Below are positions 16,757 through 25,021 of a stretch of DNA of 32,000 nucleotides, one piece after another. This DNA is from Candidatus Electronema aureum (GTDB taxonomy: Bacteria > Desulfobacterota > Desulfobulbia > Desulfobulbales > Desulfobulbaceae): positions 90,001 through 122,000 of the forward strand of contig NQJD01000002.1 of NCBI GenBank assembly GCA_004284765.1, in the 5' to 3' direction. How positions within the stretch are numbered: the first letter of the stretch is position 1; each line of letters begins with the position of its first letter. A model generated the notes under the pieces. It was not told the DNA's origin. It did not search any database and saw only the letters and a list, made by a program, of their open reading frames with translations. A program made the translations under genes and the position numbers.

Positions 16757-17260
16757 ATGAGCGAAGTCAAGGAAAGAATCAAGTTTGTAACAGGTGATAT
16801 GGCCGTTTATCCCTCTCATGGGGTCGGTCAGATTGAAAATATCAAGGTGCAGACAGTGGGCGGGATCGATCAGACTTTTTATGTGTTGAAGATTCTCGAC
16901 AACGATATGACTATTATGATCCCCACCGCCACCAGCGAAAATGTTGGTCTCCGCCCGATTATTTCCAAAGAGGAAGTCAAGAAAGTGGTAGAAATCCTCA
17001 AGAATAGGGACAGCAAACTCAATTCCCAGACGTGGAATCGACGCTACCGTGACTACATGGACAAGATTAAGACTGGTTCCGTGTTTGAGGTGGCTGCGGT
17101 GCTGCGGGATTTATTGCTGCTCCAAAGCGACAAGGAACTGTCCTACGGCGAGCGCAAGATGATGGACACCGCCAAAGGACTCCTGATTCGCGAGCTGTCC
17201 TTGGCCCGCAAGGTGGACGAGGACAAGGTTGAGCAGCAGATTGAAAAGCTGTTTGCCTGA
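16757..17260 (+). CDS. CarD/CdnL family transcriptional regulator
   Basis: FVTGDMAVYPSHGVGQIENI...FYVLKI matches the CarD_CdnL_TRCF N-terminal domain. The start is set at MSEVKE (ATG 16757). Confidence 0.85.
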   Translation: MSEVKERIKFVTGDMAVYPSHGVGQIENIKVQTVGGIDQTFYVLKILDNDMTIMIPTATSENVGLRPIISKEEVKKVVEILKNRDSKLNSQTWNRRYRDYMDKIKTGSVFEVAAVLRDLLLLQSDKELSYGERKMMDTAKGLLIRELSLARKVDEDKVEQQIEKLFA

Positions 17261-17267
17261 AACCTGC

Positions 17268-18215
17268 ATGGTTCCTGCCGCTTCTGCACAAAGTTTCCAC
17301 GTGCAGCCCCAAGAAGCGGGGATGCGGCTCGATCATTATTTGGTGCGCTGCCTGCCGGAGCAGAGCCGTTCCAGTCTTGATCGACAGATTCGCTCTGGCG
17401 CAGTGCTGGTAAACGGCGGGGCGGTCAAGCCCGGTTGTAAGCTGCGGGCGAGCGATAGCATTGCCGTCACGCTGTCGGACGCGCCTGCCGCTGCCGAGGG
17501 CAGGATCGAGCCGCAGCAGGTTGATTTTCACATCATTCATGAGGACGAGCATCTGGCGGTGATCAGCAAGCCGCCGGGCTTGGTTGTTCATCCCGCAGCC
17601 GGTCATGCTGACGGCACCTTGGTCAACGGCCTGCTCCACCGCTACAGCGAGCTGGACCTGCTCGACGGCGAGCGGCCCGGTCTTGTCCACCGTCTTGACA
17701 AAGACACCTCCGGCATCATGCTCGCCGCCCGCACCGAGGCCATGCACCGGCTGCTCTCCGCTGCCTTCAAGGAGCGGCAGATCCGCAAAACCTACCACGC
17801 CCTGCTTTTACGCAGCCCGGCTGCGGACACAGGCCGGATTGACGCGCCCATCGGCAGGCATCCGGTCAACCGACAGAAAATGGCGGTGCGCCAGCGCGAT
17901 GGCCGTCATGCGGTGACGCACTGGCGGATACTGGAACGCTTCCGCAACGGCTGCTGCTTTGCCGAAATCGCCATTGAAACCGGGCGCACGCATCAGATCC
18001 GGGTGCATCTCTCGTCCATCGGTGCGCCGGTGCTGGGCGATGCGCTCTACGGCGGCAAAAGCCAGACCGTGCAGGCTGACCGTCAGCTTCTCCACGCTTC
18101 TCAGCTCCGTTTTGTCCATCCGGCAACTGGTCAGGCTTGCCATTTCACCGCCCCGCTCTGGCCGGACATGGCCGCCTTGCTGGCGCAGCTGCGGGAGCAG
18201 TTCCGCCTTGCCTGA
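17268..18215 (+). CDS. rluD: RluA-family 23S rRNA pseudouridine synthase (RluD-like, with S4 domain)
   Basis: It has an S4-like N-terminus (RLDHYLV...SRSSLDRQIRSGAVLVNG), the catalytic motif HRLDKDTSGIM and a TGRTHQIRVH motif. The start at 17268 avoids overlap with carD. Confidence 0.85.
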   Translation: MVPAASAQSFHVQPQEAGMRLDHYLVRCLPEQSRSSLDRQIRSGAVLVNGGAVKPGCKLRASDSIAVTLSDAPAAAEGRIEPQQVDFHIIHEDEHLAVISKPPGLVVHPAAGHADGTLVNGLLHRYSELDLLDGERPGLVHRLDKDTSGIMLAARTEAMHRLLSAAFKERQIRKTYHALLLRSPAADTGRIDAPIGRHPVNRQKMAVRQRDGRHAVTHWRILERFRNGCCFAEIAIETGRTHQIRVHLSSIGAPVLGDALYGGKSQTVQADRQLLHASQLRFVHPATGQACHFTAPLWPDMAALLAQLREQFRLA

Positions 18216-18810
18216 GCTGATCGGCATCACCGGCGGCATTGGTTCCGGCAAGAGCCGCGCCTGCCGTTTTCTCGCTGACTTAGGCGGCTGGCCGCTGCTC
18301 GATCTCGATCAAATCTGCCGTGCGCTGCTCCTGCCGCAGGCGCAGGGCTGGCTGGCCTTGAAAAAGCTGCTGCCCGCAGATTTCTTCACCGCCAATGGCG
18401 AGCTGAACCGTTCTAAACTGCGCGAGGCCATCTTTGCTGATGCTGGCCTGCGGCGGCAGATTGACAGCCTGCTGCATCCGCTGGCCAAGCAGGAAATGAC
18501 GGCGCAGGCCGCCCGGCTGAATGCGCCGCTGGTGCTGGCGGAAATCCCTTTGCTCTTTGAGGCGGGCTGGCAGGACAGCGTCAGCCAGATCGTGGTTGTT
18601 TATGCTGACGAGGCCGTGCGTCTGCGGCGGATTATGGAGCGCGATCAGGTCAGCGAAGAGCAGGCCCGGCGGGCCATTGCCGCGCAGATGCCGCTGGAGG
18701 ACAAAGCCCGGCTGGCTGATCATCTCATTGACAATTCAGCGGCTTGGGAGAGCACATGCGGTCAGTTGCGGCATGTGGCAAAGAAGATTTACATCACCAC
18801 CCGCAGCTAA
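18208..18810 (+). CDS. coaE: Dephospho-CoA kinase
   Basis: IGITGGIGSGKS is the P-loop typical of the CoaE N-terminus. A ~200-aa product results if the TTG at 18208 is the start. The long upstream part of ORF 17959..18810 overlaps rluD out of frame and is rejected. Confidence 0.85.
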   Translation: MPELIGITGGIGSGKSRACRFLADLGGWPLLDLDQICRALLLPQAQGWLALKKLLPADFFTANGELNRSKLREAIFADAGLRRQIDSLLHPLAKQEMTAQAARLNAPLVLAEIPLLFEAGWQDSVSQIVVVYADEAVRLRRIMERDQVSEEQARRAIAAQMPLEDKARLADHLIDNSAAWESTCGQLRHVAKKIYITTRS

Positions 18811-19160
18811 GTTGGTGGGCAAGCAAAAAGACACTTGCCCATCCTACGGTGTTGGTCAGACCCGCTGCCACAGGGTTGTATCAGGAATTAACTGATATTG
18901 GAGCCATCTGGAATTGCGTCGATAACTATTTGTGGCAGTACATCAACCCACCCCTTTGCAAAGTACTTATTTTTCGCTTCCATACTAGGGCCTGTTAACA
19001 CTACTTGCTTAATTAATAAACTTAAGAGTTACGCAGTTGAAATGAGAAGTTCAACCATTACAGCAAGTTGTCTTTTTGTTGTATAAATCTCCAGTTGAAT
19101 AAAATCAACGAGTTGGCAATCGAACTGCGTAACTCCTAAAACTTTTGTTATTGTTACCCT

Positions 19161-19496
19161 ATGGAAATAACACAGGAGCAATACGAGAAGATAGCCGACA
19201 GCTTGCCTCGTCAGAGAGGCAATATCACAATTGACAACCTCACGATGCTGAACGCCATGCTGCATGTCCTTGAACTTGGATACAAATGGCGTGAGATTCC
19301 AAGCATTTTTGGCAATTGGCATAGCATCTACACCCGTATGAGCAGATGGAGCAAAAACAGTGTGCTTGACCGGATTTTCGCACGATTGCAGCATGAGCAG
19401 ATACTGCATGTCAACACGGCGGCTTTTTCACTCGACAGCACGGTCATCAAAGTTCATCCTGACGGAACTGGGGCATTAGACCTCTTGCATAAGTAA
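19161..19496 (+). pseudogene. IS5-family (IS427/IS1031-like, DUF4096-type) transposase N-terminal fragment
   Basis: LTMLNAMLHVLELGYKWREIPSIFGNWHSIYTRMSRWSKNSVLDRIF...DSTVIKVH matches the conserved N-terminal region of this transposase group. The ORF stops just where the DDE domain should begin. Confidence 0.75.
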
Positions 19497-19519
19497 AATC
19501 TATATGCTAACGATGGTGA

Positions 19520-19975
19520 ATGAAATACGAAACAGTGCATAGCCTCAGCGAGGAAGATTTTAAACGATCAACAGGAGTTCAGCGTTCGACCTTCGCCAAG
19601 ATGCTTGAGGTTGTCGAGCAAGGGCTGCGCAATTTTGGCAGACCGCCAAAATTGGGCCGGGCCGATCAGCTCCTGCTGACCTTGATGTATTGGCTCGAAT
19701 ATCGGACTGAATTTCACATTGGCCTTGCCTATGGCATCAGCGAGTCGGCGGTGTGCCGGACGATTAAAAAGATTGAAAACGCGCTCATTAAGTCGGAGCA
19801 ATTTCACCTACCCAATAAAAAAGCACTTCAGTCCGACAGCATAAAATTTGAAATTACCCTCGTTGATGCCACAGAACAGCCGATTGAACGCCCAAAAAAA
19901 AACAGCGGCAGCATTACAGCGGCAAAAAAAAGTGCCATACTCAGAAAGCGCAGATAATTTCAATGGGTAAACCCC
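19520..19975 (+). pseudogene. IS5/Harbinger-like (HTH_Tnp_4 plus DDE_Tnp_4) transposase fragment, frameshifted and 3'-truncated
   Basis: The HTH region is LLLTLMYWLEYRTEFHIGLAYGISESAVCRTIKKI, followed by the first catalytic segment LVDATEQPIERPKK. After the A9 run (19894..19902) the expected continuation QRQHYSGKKKCHTQKAQII appears only in another frame. The remainder of the DDE domain is absent. Confidence 0.7.
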
Positions 19976-20033
19976 CGGCTTTGCCGGTGGATACTTACTC
20001 AAAAGTAGGTAGCAACTTGGGTTATAATACAAG

Positions 20034-20054
20034 GAAAAATTTTTCGCCCCTACC
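20034..20054 (+). repeat. Half-copy (21 nt exact) of the 3027..3054 palindrome in the leader of the 158-aa membrane protein gene
   Basis: GAAAAATTTTTCGCCCCTACC is identical at 3035..3055 and 20034..20054. In gene-sense orientation the CCCCTAC end lies exactly 20 nt upstream of the start codon at both loci. Confidence 0.9.
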
Positions 20055-20073
20055 TGCCAAAGAGGACAACCCA

Positions 20074-20550
20074 ATGAATATTGACATGCTGGTAAAACAT
20101 CTTCAGAACCCCTTTGCCTTGGCCGGAATCGCCTTCCTGCTTGCGGCGGCGTTCTGGTTTTTTCTGAGCAAAGGACGGAAAAGCAACAAGGCTGCATCAG
20201 GGCGGCTGGACGCAACGCAGGTGATTTATCTTCTCAGCCTGCTGGCTATGCTTGTCCTTGCCGTGCTGATGTGGAACGACCGTGCCATTTCCATGACGCT
20301 GCTCGGCAGTCTGCTGGGCAGCGTCGTCAGCGGCCTGCCGCTTTTGAAGCCTGCGAAGGAAGACAAGTCTGTTCTCAGCACGGTTGGCGAGCAAAGCCCC
20401 TCAGTCCGCAGCGGCGGCAAGGTGACAATCAGCTACGGCGGCGCGGTGTCCGGCGGGAAAAAGGCAGGTGCTGGGCAGGCAGTCACGCAGGGCGGACAAA
20501 GCCCGGCGGTCGAGGCGAAGAAAGATGTGGAAATCAAGTATGAGAAATAA
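20074..20550 (+). CDS. 158-aa predicted membrane protein with a C-terminal tail carrying two QSP..V.I.Y motifs
   Basis: The start is set at MNIDML (ATG 20074) because the upstream 37 codons run into the IS remnant. There are three hydrophobic helices (FALAGIAFLLAAAFWFFL, VIYLLSLLAMLVLAVLMW, ISMTLLGSLLGSVVSGLPLL). The tail contains EQSPSVRSGGKVTISYGG and GGQSPAVEAKKDVEIKYEK. Confidence 0.6.
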   Translation: MNIDMLVKHLQNPFALAGIAFLLAAAFWFFLSKGRKSNKAASGRLDATQVIYLLSLLAMLVLAVLMWNDRAISMTLLGSLLGSVVSGLPLLKPAKEDKSVLSTVGEQSPSVRSGGKVTISYGGAVSGGKKAGAGQAVTQGGQSPAVEAKKDVEIKYEK

Positions 20551-20636
20551 GGCGGCTGGCGTGACGAGGCAGTCGCCGTCTATGAGAAGGTATATTTTTT
20601 CTATTTCCTCATAGGCCGCGCCTGTCTTTTAATAGG

Positions 20637-20684
20637 AAAAATAGATGAGGAAATAGACGCGGCCTATCTGCTCATCTATTTTTT
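20637..20684. terminator. Candidate bidirectional Rho-independent terminator
   Basis: A 13-bp perfect stem AAAAATAGATGAG (20637..20649) / CTCATCTATTTTT (20671..20683) with a 21-nt partly self-paired loop. An A-run lies on one side and a T-run on the other. Confidence 0.55.
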
Positions 20685-20730
20685 GGATTAAAAGGTATAA
20701 AAAATATACTTTCCGGCAGGAGGGGGCGAT

Positions 20731-22408
20731 ATGCAGATGACAACGGGCAATCAGTCGCCGGTGATTGAGGCGGGCGGCAATGTCACGGTCAATTACGGCC
20801 TCGACGAGGAGCGCGTCAAAGCCATGCTGGAGCGGCAGCAGGAGGAGCTGTTCAGGAAGCTGCGCGAGTCCGGCTTTGCGGCGGATGACGGCGAACGCCG
20901 CCTGCTGGAGCAGCAGTTGCAGGCGGTCTCGGCGAAACTGGCCGACATCGAGCGGAGCTACGAGGAGGAGCTGGCGCGGCCAACTTCCCGAAGCCCAGAT
21001 TGAGAACGCGCAAGCCAATTTGCGGCAGGGCGACAAGGACGCGGCCAAATCAGTCTTTCACGGGGTGCTTGACAAGGAAGGCGCGTCAGTCGCGCTGGCC
21101 GCGTATCAGCTTGGGCAGATGGCGGAGGGCGATTTGAATTACGCCGAGGCCATGCGCATGTACAAAAAGGCGGTTGTGCTGGAGGAGGACAAGCCGGAGT
21201 ATCTGCTTGCCGCTGGGAAAATGGCCCGCAAACTTGCGGAGTTCAAGCAGGCGCAGGAATGGCTGGAGCATCTGCGGGAGATCAGGGAGGCGGAGGGAGA
21301 TGGTGCTAACCTCGGCAACGTTCTTAACGAGTTAGCTTTAGTTTATAAAGATCAATTTCAGTTGGCAAAGGCAGATTTTCTGCATCGACGTGCTCTTGAT
21401 GTCAGAGAAAAGATATTTGGCGAAGAACATCAGGATACAGCAGAGAGTTTAAACGATCTTGCCTTTTTATGTAGAGAGCAGTGCAGATATGAGGAGGCTG
21501 AGTCGTTATTTAAACGTGCCGTTGATACCAGAGAGAAAATATTTGGTAAAGATCACCCTGATGTAGCAGAGAGCTTGAATAATCTGGCTGGACTGTATCG
21601 AACGCAGGCGCGTTACACGGAAGCAGAGTTGCTGTATCAACGTTCTTTGGAAATTAAAGAGAAAACGTTAGTACCTCATCATCCTTCCATAGCGACAAGT
21701 TTGAACAATATAGCTATGTTCTATAAAAACAAAGGAAAATATTTTGATGCAGAATTACTCTACCAGCGTGCTCTTTCCATAAAAGAAAAATCAATAGGTG
21801 AAGCCCATCCCTCTTTCGCGATCACATTAAATAATCTTGTAAATCTTTATAGAGATCAGGGTAGATATATCGAAGCTGAACCGTTATATTATCGTGCTCT
21901 TAACGTTAGAGAGAAAATATTTGGAAGAGACCATCAGCATATAGCTGGCAGCTACGAGGGCATCGCCACATTATACAAAAATCAAGGAAAGTGCGCTGAA
22001 GCAGAACATCTTTACCAGAAAGCCATTGATATAAAAGAAAGACTTCTTGGCAAAGATCATCTTTCTCTTGCTGTAACAATATGCAACCTTGCTGATCTTT
22101 ATCAAAATCAAGAAATGTATCAAGAGGCTGAAAAGTTAAATAGCCGTGCTCTTTATATTCGAGAAGAAATCCTTGGAAAGGAGCATCCCTCTGTGGCAAA
22201 CAGTCTAAACAATTTCGCTAATCTCTATAGATTACAAAAAAGATACGCGGAAGCAGAACCACTGTATCAACGTGCCCTATCCATTATGAGGGAAAAATTT
22301 CCCGGCGGCCATCCAAAGGTTGATCGCTATCAGAAAGACTACGACGAGCTGAAACAGAAGATGGCGGAGCAGCAAGCCGCCGCCACTCAAGAGAAAAATC
22401 ATGTTTAA
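20731..22408 (+). CDS. TPR protein with eight kinesin-light-chain-type 42-aa repeats and a ~85-aa N-terminal domain. The reading frame is interrupted near 20970..20985.
   Basis: GGAGGGGG lies upstream of the ATG at 20731. The N-terminal frame (MQMTTGNQSPVIEAGGNVTVNYGLDEERVKAML...YEEELAR) stops at 21003. The TPR frame (..QLPEAQIENAQANLRQGDKDAAKSVF..) is the +1 frame and is open to 22408. The repeats follow the pattern AESLNNLAGLYRTQARYTEAELLYQRSLEIKEKTLVPHHPSI, eight times. Confidence 0.7.
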
Positions 22409-22649
22409 TCTGCAATTGCATGTCCGCCCGCAAACTGAGCAGCGGCTGCGGGCAATCTTGGCCCGTGCGCAGGATAACGCAATGTGCAAGAAAATAAAAA
22501 AGAGAACAATATCAATATTCCCTAGTCGGTGCTGAAGTCGGAGCAGTAGAGGAACGGGTGGCAGATATTTGATGACCTGCCATGCTTTATAACTGTTTTC
22601 CCTCAAAATGCTATTCATCCTAAGGAGCTAAAAATTGTTTGCGGCTACC

Positions 22650-23450
22650 TTATGCAAGTGGGTCAGTTAGCTTATCCGTAAGGGCAGAAATCTCCCGATC
22701 TATGTTCTTTATATCCGCTACTATCGGTTTTGCTGTTTCGGGAGATTTTTCGAGAGCCAGCCTTAATATACTCATCCAATTAAGGTTGTTTCTTGCTCTT
22801 GCCGCTTCGATTTGATCAATAGGATGCGGATATTCTTTCTCATTATCTTGCGGCCATTGAATGAATACAGAGAATTTTTCAAAAACTTTATCATATTTTT
22901 TTTGAATTTCTTTGTAACCAGCAAGCCAATCCTCTTTCGTTAAACCGAGGAGGTGAACACCTATGCGCGCGCCATTTTTAAAAATATTTGAACGTAGGAA
23001 TCCCTCCTCCTGAAACAAAAATTTTTTATGCAATTTTACAACTGCATCGTTTCCTTCGATTACTTCGCAATTTAATTTTTCTACCCCTAATGAGTTAAAA
23101 ATAAAATTAATCAACGAATACTCAAGAGCTGACCCAAGCCCTCCCCATACGTTTTCCGTTACATAATACCCCCAATCCGCTTTTTTATGAAGGCGATCAA
23201 TTGCATTGACACTTATAACGCCTAATGGCTTATGTACTTCGTCTAAAACAGCAAAAACAATTTTTCTGTCGTCTTGCTTGAGTCGGTTTATCCAACCTAA
23301 ATGTTCATTTGCTTCGATAATGTGGTCTGTGTACATCCATTTTCGTACATTTTCCTCGTTTCTAATTTCTCTGACCTTCATCTGTGATTCTGTATCGAGA
23401 AAGGTCAAGAGAACAAGATTGATTACCTTTGGATTTACTGAATTCATCAT
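22650..23450 (-). CDS. GNAT-family N-acetyltransferase (PseH-like N-terminal domain) with a ~85-aa C-terminal extension
   Basis: AAGGAGA lies upstream of ATGATG at 23450. The layout LLTFLDTESQMKVREIRNEENVRKWMYT..EHLGWINRL..VFAVL..LGVISVNAID....ADWGYYV..LGVEKLNCEVIEGNDAVVKLHKKFLFQEEG resembles PseH-type GNATs. The gene is about 35% GC, clearly below the surrounding sequence. Confidence 0.7.
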   Translation of the reverse strand: MMNSVNPKVINLVLLTFLDTESQMKVREIRNEENVRKWMYTDHIIEANEHLGWINRLKQDDRKIVFAVLDEVHKPLGVISVNAIDRLHKKADWGYYVTENVWGGLGSALEYSLINFIFNSLGVEKLNCEVIEGNDAVVKLHKKFLFQEEGFLRSNIFKNGARIGVHLLGLTKEDWLAGYKEIQKKYDKVFEKFSVFIQWPQDNEKEYPHPIDQIEAARARNNLNWMSILRLALEKSPETAKPIVADIKNIDREISALTDKLTDPLA

Positions 23451-23564
23451 AAGTCTCCTTTCTGTACTCATTTTGTAAAATTTAAATGCGTAATTTCTAG
23501 CCTAAGATGCATTGACATTGATACAACAATTCCCCGCTTTATGGTAATAGCTACCCATGAGTGA

Positions 23565-23924
23565 TCAATGAAACAAAATACAATCGTTGTAGTGATTAAT
23601 AAATCTCCAAACATATGCAGTTAAATTTTCAATGCTTCTCGAAAACGACAATGTCTTCCTGATTAATACCGACACTCTTTGCCTGAATGTTAAATTAATC
23701 CTTTCGATATGACTTTTTTTTCCGCTTCCTTTACTGACAACGCTGTGTCTTTCTGCAGGAAATACTTTTCCGTAAGAGGTCAAGCCGTCTGTGAAAAATA
23801 TTCCGTTCTTTTTGCAGTCTTCAGAAAGTGACTTCCACAGGGCAGCAGCTTCGGTATCGTCTCTTTTTCCGACAAAAGTCCACATCTCGTCGGCTTCTAT
23901 AAAAATTTTTCCATCTTTAGACAT
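23565..23924 (-). pseudogene. IS1-family transposase (InsB-like) C-terminal fragment
   Basis: ADEMWTFVGK, FFTDGLTSYGKVFPAERH and IERINLTFRQRVSVLIRKTLSFSRSIENL match the conserved IS1 InsB C-terminal half. The N-terminal half and InsA are missing, and an internal segment after VGK appears to be deleted. Confidence 0.75.
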
Positions 23925-23969
23925 GCAGAAAGCCTGTCTTCTGGCTTCATCCCGTTTTTTTTAATAGGT

Positions 23970-25021
23970 GAATTCAACTTGTAAGTGCAACTTTTGTCTG
24001 GTTGTAAAAAAAGTGAGTTGTGGTAGTATGATGGCTCATTTCTTACCGCCAAGCAAGAGGAGCACGGATGAAAAACTACACACAAGTCACCGAAGCAGAA
24101 CGTAATCAAATTTACGCGTTAAAGCAAGCAGGGCATCAGAAATCAGCGATAGCCTTGCAGCTTGGCCGACACAGATCAACTATCGGTCGAGAATTGCAGC
24201 GTAATTGCGGTGAACGCGGCTGGCCCAAGCAGGCACAACAACTGTCTATTCAACGCCGCCAAGAAAAGGCAGAGCGGAGAATTTCTGAAGAAATATGGCC
24301 TATTGTCAATGATCTTCTCCGCGAAGATTGGAGTCCTGAACAAATCAGCGGCTGGCTATCCGCAACCAAAAATCTTCAGGTCAGTCATGAACGAATCTAT
24401 CAACATGTTGCCCATGACAAGCAGCACGGAGGAACGTTACATCTCCATCTACGAAAGAAGAAAACGTTATGGCAGCACTGACCGCCGGGGCAAGATTAAA
24501 AACCGGGTCTCGATAGATCATCGCCCCAGCATCGTTGAAGAACGTTCTCGGATTGGTGATTGGGAGGTGGATACGGTGATCGGTCGTCGGGGAGGAGCTG
24601 TTCTTGTCACCTTGGCAGAACGGAAGACGCGAGTTATCGCTCTTGCCCCGAATAAACGGGCAGATAGCGTCAATCAGGCACTTGTCCAAGCCCTTCTTCC
24701 CTGCCAAGACCAAGTTCATACCCTAACCTGCGACAACGGCAAGGAATTTGCCTTGCATCAGGAGTTCGCAAGCACTCTTCAGGCAGACTGCTTCTTCGCG
24801 CATCCGTATCAGGCTTGGCAACGCGCGGCTCAACGAAAATACGAACGGACTTATACGGCAATACCTCCCAAAAGGAGCGAGCTTTGACACGCTGGACACG
24901 CAGGATGTCAAAGCTATTATGGAAAAGCTCAACAACAGGCCTCGAAAATCTCTTGGATTTAAAACACCAAAAGAGCTATTTTTGGGAGACTACTTAACGG
25001 TTGCACTTGGAACTTGAATTC
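23970..25021 (+). mobile_element. IS30-family insertion sequence (about 1.05 kb) with recognisable terminal inverted repeats and an inactivated transposase
   Basis: IRL is GAATTCAACTTGTAAGTGCAAC (23970..23991). The reverse complement of IRR (25000..25021) is GAATTCAAGTTCCAAGTGCAAC, giving 19/22 identity. No clear target-site duplication was seen. Confidence 0.85.
24068..25017 (+). pseudogene. IS30-family transposase with at least two frameshifts
   Basis: Three consecutive frames together give a full IS30 transposase. The first frame holds the HTH region (ERNQIYALKQAGHQKSAIALQLGRHRSTIGRELQRN). The second holds IGDWEVDTVIG and TCDNGKEF. The third holds NENTNGLIRQYLPKG..MEKLNNRPRKSLGFKTP. The breaks are near 24455..24480 and 24820..24840. 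Confidence 0.85.

Noticed and set aside
17067-17798. A 243-aa minus-strand ORF across the carD/rluD junction.
   Set aside because: It is a GC-rich shadow ORF antisense to the clearly recognisable rluD. It has an Arg/Ala/Gly/Pro-biased composition and no RBS.
18817-18840. The hairpin GGGCAAG-N10-CTTGCCC just after coaE, considered as a terminator.
   Set aside because: It has only a 7-bp stem and no downstream U-tract, which is too weak to call.
20023-20028. A perfect TATAAT hexamer upstream of the shared leader element at locus 2, considered as a promoter.
   Set aside because: No acceptable -35 or extended -10 (TGn) accompanies it. It is plausible as a fortuitous AT-rich junction sequence, so it is not listed as a feature.
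19029-20215. Minus-strand ORFs of 126 aa and 135 aa across the IS remnants and the membrane gene leader.
   Set aside because: They are antisense to recognisable transposase fragments. Their composition is low-complexity or Cys-rich, and they have no start context.
20765-20985. The first ~70 residues of the 547-aa ORF (MRRAAMSRSITASTRSASKPCWSGSRRSCSGS...).
   Set aside because: This Arg/Ser/Cys-rich sequence is the out-of-frame reading of the well-behaved ORF 20731..21003. The real N-terminus is in the 20731 frame.
21300-22300. A regular ~126-nt periodicity that could be mistaken for a repeat array or CRISPR.
   Set aside because: The period corresponds to 42-aa TPR double-helix units in an open reading frame. 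The units are diverged at the DNA level and have no spacer/repeat structure.
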